Positions 60,860-64,000 of a DNA stretch of 64,000 nucleotides are shown here, in pieces (the first letter of the stretch is position 1; every line of letters begins with the position of its first letter). The translations under genes and the position numbers were made by a program. The stretch comes from Nitrospirales bacterium (lineage in GTDB: Bacteria; Nitrospirota; Nitrospiria; Nitrospirales; UBA8639), in NCBI GenBank assembly GCA_965203295.1, contig CBDBCZ010000018.1:2701187-2765186 (forward strand), in the 5' to 3' direction. The notes beneath the pieces were generated by a model, which worked only from the letters and a program-made list of their open reading frames with translations, was not told the origin of the DNA and ran no database searches.

Positions 60860-63830
60860 TCGCTAAGCAATGCAGACGATGAGACAGGAAGTGTTGATGG
60901 TTGCACTGTGAAAACCACTAAACAACAGAAGTGGGTGATTAAGAAATGACGCATTGAACAGTCTCAGGGCGAGGAAGTGAGACAGAAGTATCAGGAGGCC
61001 TCAAGTATAAAAGTAGAAGGGTTTCAGGAAAGGGTACACCAATGGAAATCCCAGGGGTTGAGGGGATCTGAATTAGTGAAAGCAGTGGTTCAGGATTGGG
61101 AAGATACAATGTACATGTACAGTAAAGAGGGTAGCAAAAGAAATTAGGGAAAAGGTGATAGTGTGTGGTAAAGCGGCGAGGTGGTGGGATGCTGAGATTA
61201 AAGAGAAGATTAGGTTAAGGAGACAGGTTAACAATGAGATTAGTAGTGGCAGGGAAGGAAAATGGGGGAGTATTACAACTTACGTTTGGAAATCTAGAAA
61301 TTGGTACGTAAGAAGGGTTGGAATGAGGTGATTGAAAAAGGTATTAAAGATTTTTATGAAAGCAGCAAAGAGTTTTGGGCATTTGTAGGACTTCAAAGGG
61401 TATATATATAGTTGTTGCTTCTTTGAGGAGTACTTCAAGTTTATGTATTACTAGTACCAAGGGAAAGTTGGAAGCATTATGAAAGGTTGGGTACAGCATC
61501 TGTAGATGATCAATGATGATAGCTGGAAAGAGCATGTAGAGAAGAAAGTGAGAGTATAGTGAAATATTTACAGAAGGAAAAGGTTATGGATAGGGTAATT
61601 ACGTAGTTTTGCAGAAATGAAAAAGTGTTCAAAAACAATGAAACAGGAGGTAAATGTAATGATGGGATAATTGGGGAGCTTTTTAAAAATAGTAGCAAAG
61701 GAATGGCTAATCTGTTGAAAGTCTTGAATGAAGTAGTTTGGACAGAGGGGAGTGCTCCTAAACAACATAGACAAGGGTTAATTGTTAAAATAATGGTGAT
61801 GCTGAGGACCCGGGTTATTACAGAGGCATTACACGGACTATTGAGTGTGATAGGAAAACTGTTTTGCAAGAAATCACGTAGTAATCAGACTAGAGTCAGA
61901 ATGGGCTCTTCAGGAGGGTCAGGCAGGATTTAGAGAGAAAAGTAGCTGTGTTTATAACATCTTTACTCTAAATGAAATCATACAAGGTAGAGTGGGGGAA
62001 GGAAGTCACACTTGCGCTTTTTCTGAAATGGTATTTGACACAGTTCGGCATGATGGCTTATGGTTTAACCTATGGGAACTTGGGTTAGGAGTAGAATGTG
62101 GAGAGTTATTGGTGACATTACTGGAGGGAGAAAATCCAAGCCATTCAATATACGCAAGCCACCGGTGGCACGGGGTTGTAGTACATGTATGTTGCCTATC
62201 TTCTTTTCCAAATAGTTGTTAGATGAGGTTGAGAAGGCTGGGATTGGCATTACTGTTAAAAAGGATGTTAAGGTTGGGGGTCTAAATAGTTTGCTGATGA
62301 TTTTGTAGGTTTAACTACGAATGCCGAAAACTTACAAACCTTGATTAATGCAGTACAGGAGTTTTGTAATAAATGGAGGTTGAAATCTAACATAAAAAAG
62401 AGTGCTGTTATGGTATTTTCTAGAGAGGCTGATACAGACACATGTGGGGTCATAAAGACATTCCGCTACTTGGGCATTGAATTGGTTCATGGGATAGTAA
62501 TGTACAGAAGGTGATAAATTTAATAGTGGAGAGAAAAACTTAGTAGGTAATAGGAATATCAGTACAGTTACAAGAGTGCTAATTTAGCCTCATTCCCAGT
62601 CCTTCCCACCCCAGCTTTTATCTCGCAGCCGTGGAGAAAAAGCGAGGGGGAAGGCGCCTAGGCCTGGTACCACTTATCACATGCCGTGATGTTTGTACGC
62701 GTAGGGTGGACTTACATGCCCACGCAAAGGGACATACATGCCCACGCACTGATTACAAAACAGCATCCGTTCGAGCATCTGTTAAGCACAGAATGACTAA
62801 AACGGTGCAACCGAGGGCTTTTGACTGAGGCAAGCAATGTTTCGGACAGCGATAAGCCGAGACAGACCACACTTATGTAAGTTTTGACTGTCCACGGCTT
62901 TAAGGGACCGCTCTAGAATTATGCCTGATGGCGTGTGCATGAGAGGCCATGACAGTGAGAGACGCTCCTACCTGTCATTAGCTGCCATTAGAGTGGTCTG
63001 TCTCGGCTTATCGCTGCCCGAAACATTGCTTGCCTCAAAAGCCCTCGGTTGCACCGTTTCAGTTGTTCTGTGCTTAACGGATGCTCGAACGGATGCCATT
63101 TTTTAGTGCGTGGGCATGTAAGTCCACCCTACGCGTACATACGTCACGGCACGTGATAAGTGGTACCAGGCCTTCCCCCTCGCTTCTTCTCCACGGCTGC
63201 GAGATAAAAGCTGGGGTGGGAAGGACTGGGAACGAGGCTATGCTAATTAGCTTCGGAACTTTGCCCTACTTTAGAAAAGGGTAGTGAAGTGTGAGCTTGA
63301 AATAAACAGCAGACAGCTTCCTTGGAATCGATTCAGCTAGGAGCAGCTAGAAAGATACTTGGCTGCTCTTCTACACCGTATAAAGTGAATGATGAGAGAT
63401 ATCCTAGGTTACTAAGCAGTGAGTGGGTAGTGAGAAAGTGTAGAGGTAGGCAGAGGAAGACTTGGAGGAAAGTAGTTAGGGAATTGTTGCTGCAATTAAA
63501 TCTAGACAGTCAGGAAATATTCACTGGAGATTACAATGTGAATTTGTTCTTAGAAAGAGTAGATGAAGTGTTGAGATATAGATAAAGATTTTAATGATGG
63601 CTTAAATAGTAAAGTTAAACTGAGTCTGTACAAGTCTTTTTGTAAGGAGAAATAATGGTTTGAATAAAGAGTTAGGAAGACATATGTATAGGGGTAAAAA
63701 TGATGACAGGCAGCTCTGAGAGTGTCCTGTGTATGATACATTAGAAATACTTTCATGAAAGATTTAGAAAATCTGTTGAGGGGGTTTTGAACTCTCAATA
63801 ATTTGAGAGAACAGGCTTTGTTTTAGAATT
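60860..63830 (+). mobile_element. Heavily decayed APE-type LINE (RT region), interrupted by a MITE
   Basis: Remnants PGYYRGIT-LLSVIGKLFCK, EGQAGFR, FDTVRHDGLW, FADDFVG, KWRLKSNIKKSAVM and LESIQLGAARKILG. Confidence 0.8.
62585..63240. mobile_element. Academ-like fold-back MITE with ~290-bp TIRs
   Basis: TAGCCTCATTCCCAGTCCTTCCCACCCC / GGGGTGGGAAGGACTGGGAACGAGGCTA; TGCTAATT duplicated on both sides. Confidence 0.85.
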
Positions 63831-64000
63831 GGACAGGTATGATATGTCACGTAAAATCTGGTGCAGCGAAAATTTTGGTCCAGGGAACCAAAATTCCAGT
63901 CCTCTGGACCATTGTTCCCCCCAAAATTTTGGTCCAGGCATGGAATAATGGTCTGATATGAATATCATCGGAGCGACTGTATGTGTACAGTTCGGCGTAA

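Overview
Eukaryotic (metazoan) genomic DNA with GT-AG introns. It is probably from a demosponge, but that is an inference from the repeat families and gene style. Three host loci lie on the minus strand. (1) A phospholipid scramblase gene: six coding exons traced from 25638 to 8989, with the last exon not found in the window. (2) A disrupted DAPK-like ROCO gene (ankyrin-like, Roc, COR, death domain; about 56128 to 33500). (3) A frameshifted, 3'-incomplete ER alpha-1,2-mannosidase (MAN1B1-like; 59748 to 57735). Much of the rest is transposon DNA. One ROCO intron holds an apparently intact two-gene CACTA/EnSpm element (35158-41905, TTG target duplication). Another holds a triple nest: a TA-flanked MITE containing a dead hAT, which contains a 5148-bp element. 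That innermost element has ~670-bp TIRs with internal 16-bp arrays, a perfect 6-bp TSD, an intact 5-exon integrase-core (IS3EU-like) DDE transposase and a RING-finger passenger gene. A second multi-layer nest fills 210-8605. The window also has a decayed CRE-type RLE retrotransposon, APE-type LINE remnants, Helentron-like and Academ-like non-autonomous elements, an inverted hammerhead-ribozyme pair, and a dispersed repeat with a TATA box and tRNA-like module at its 3' end. All coordinates and splice models were read by eye; no searches were run.
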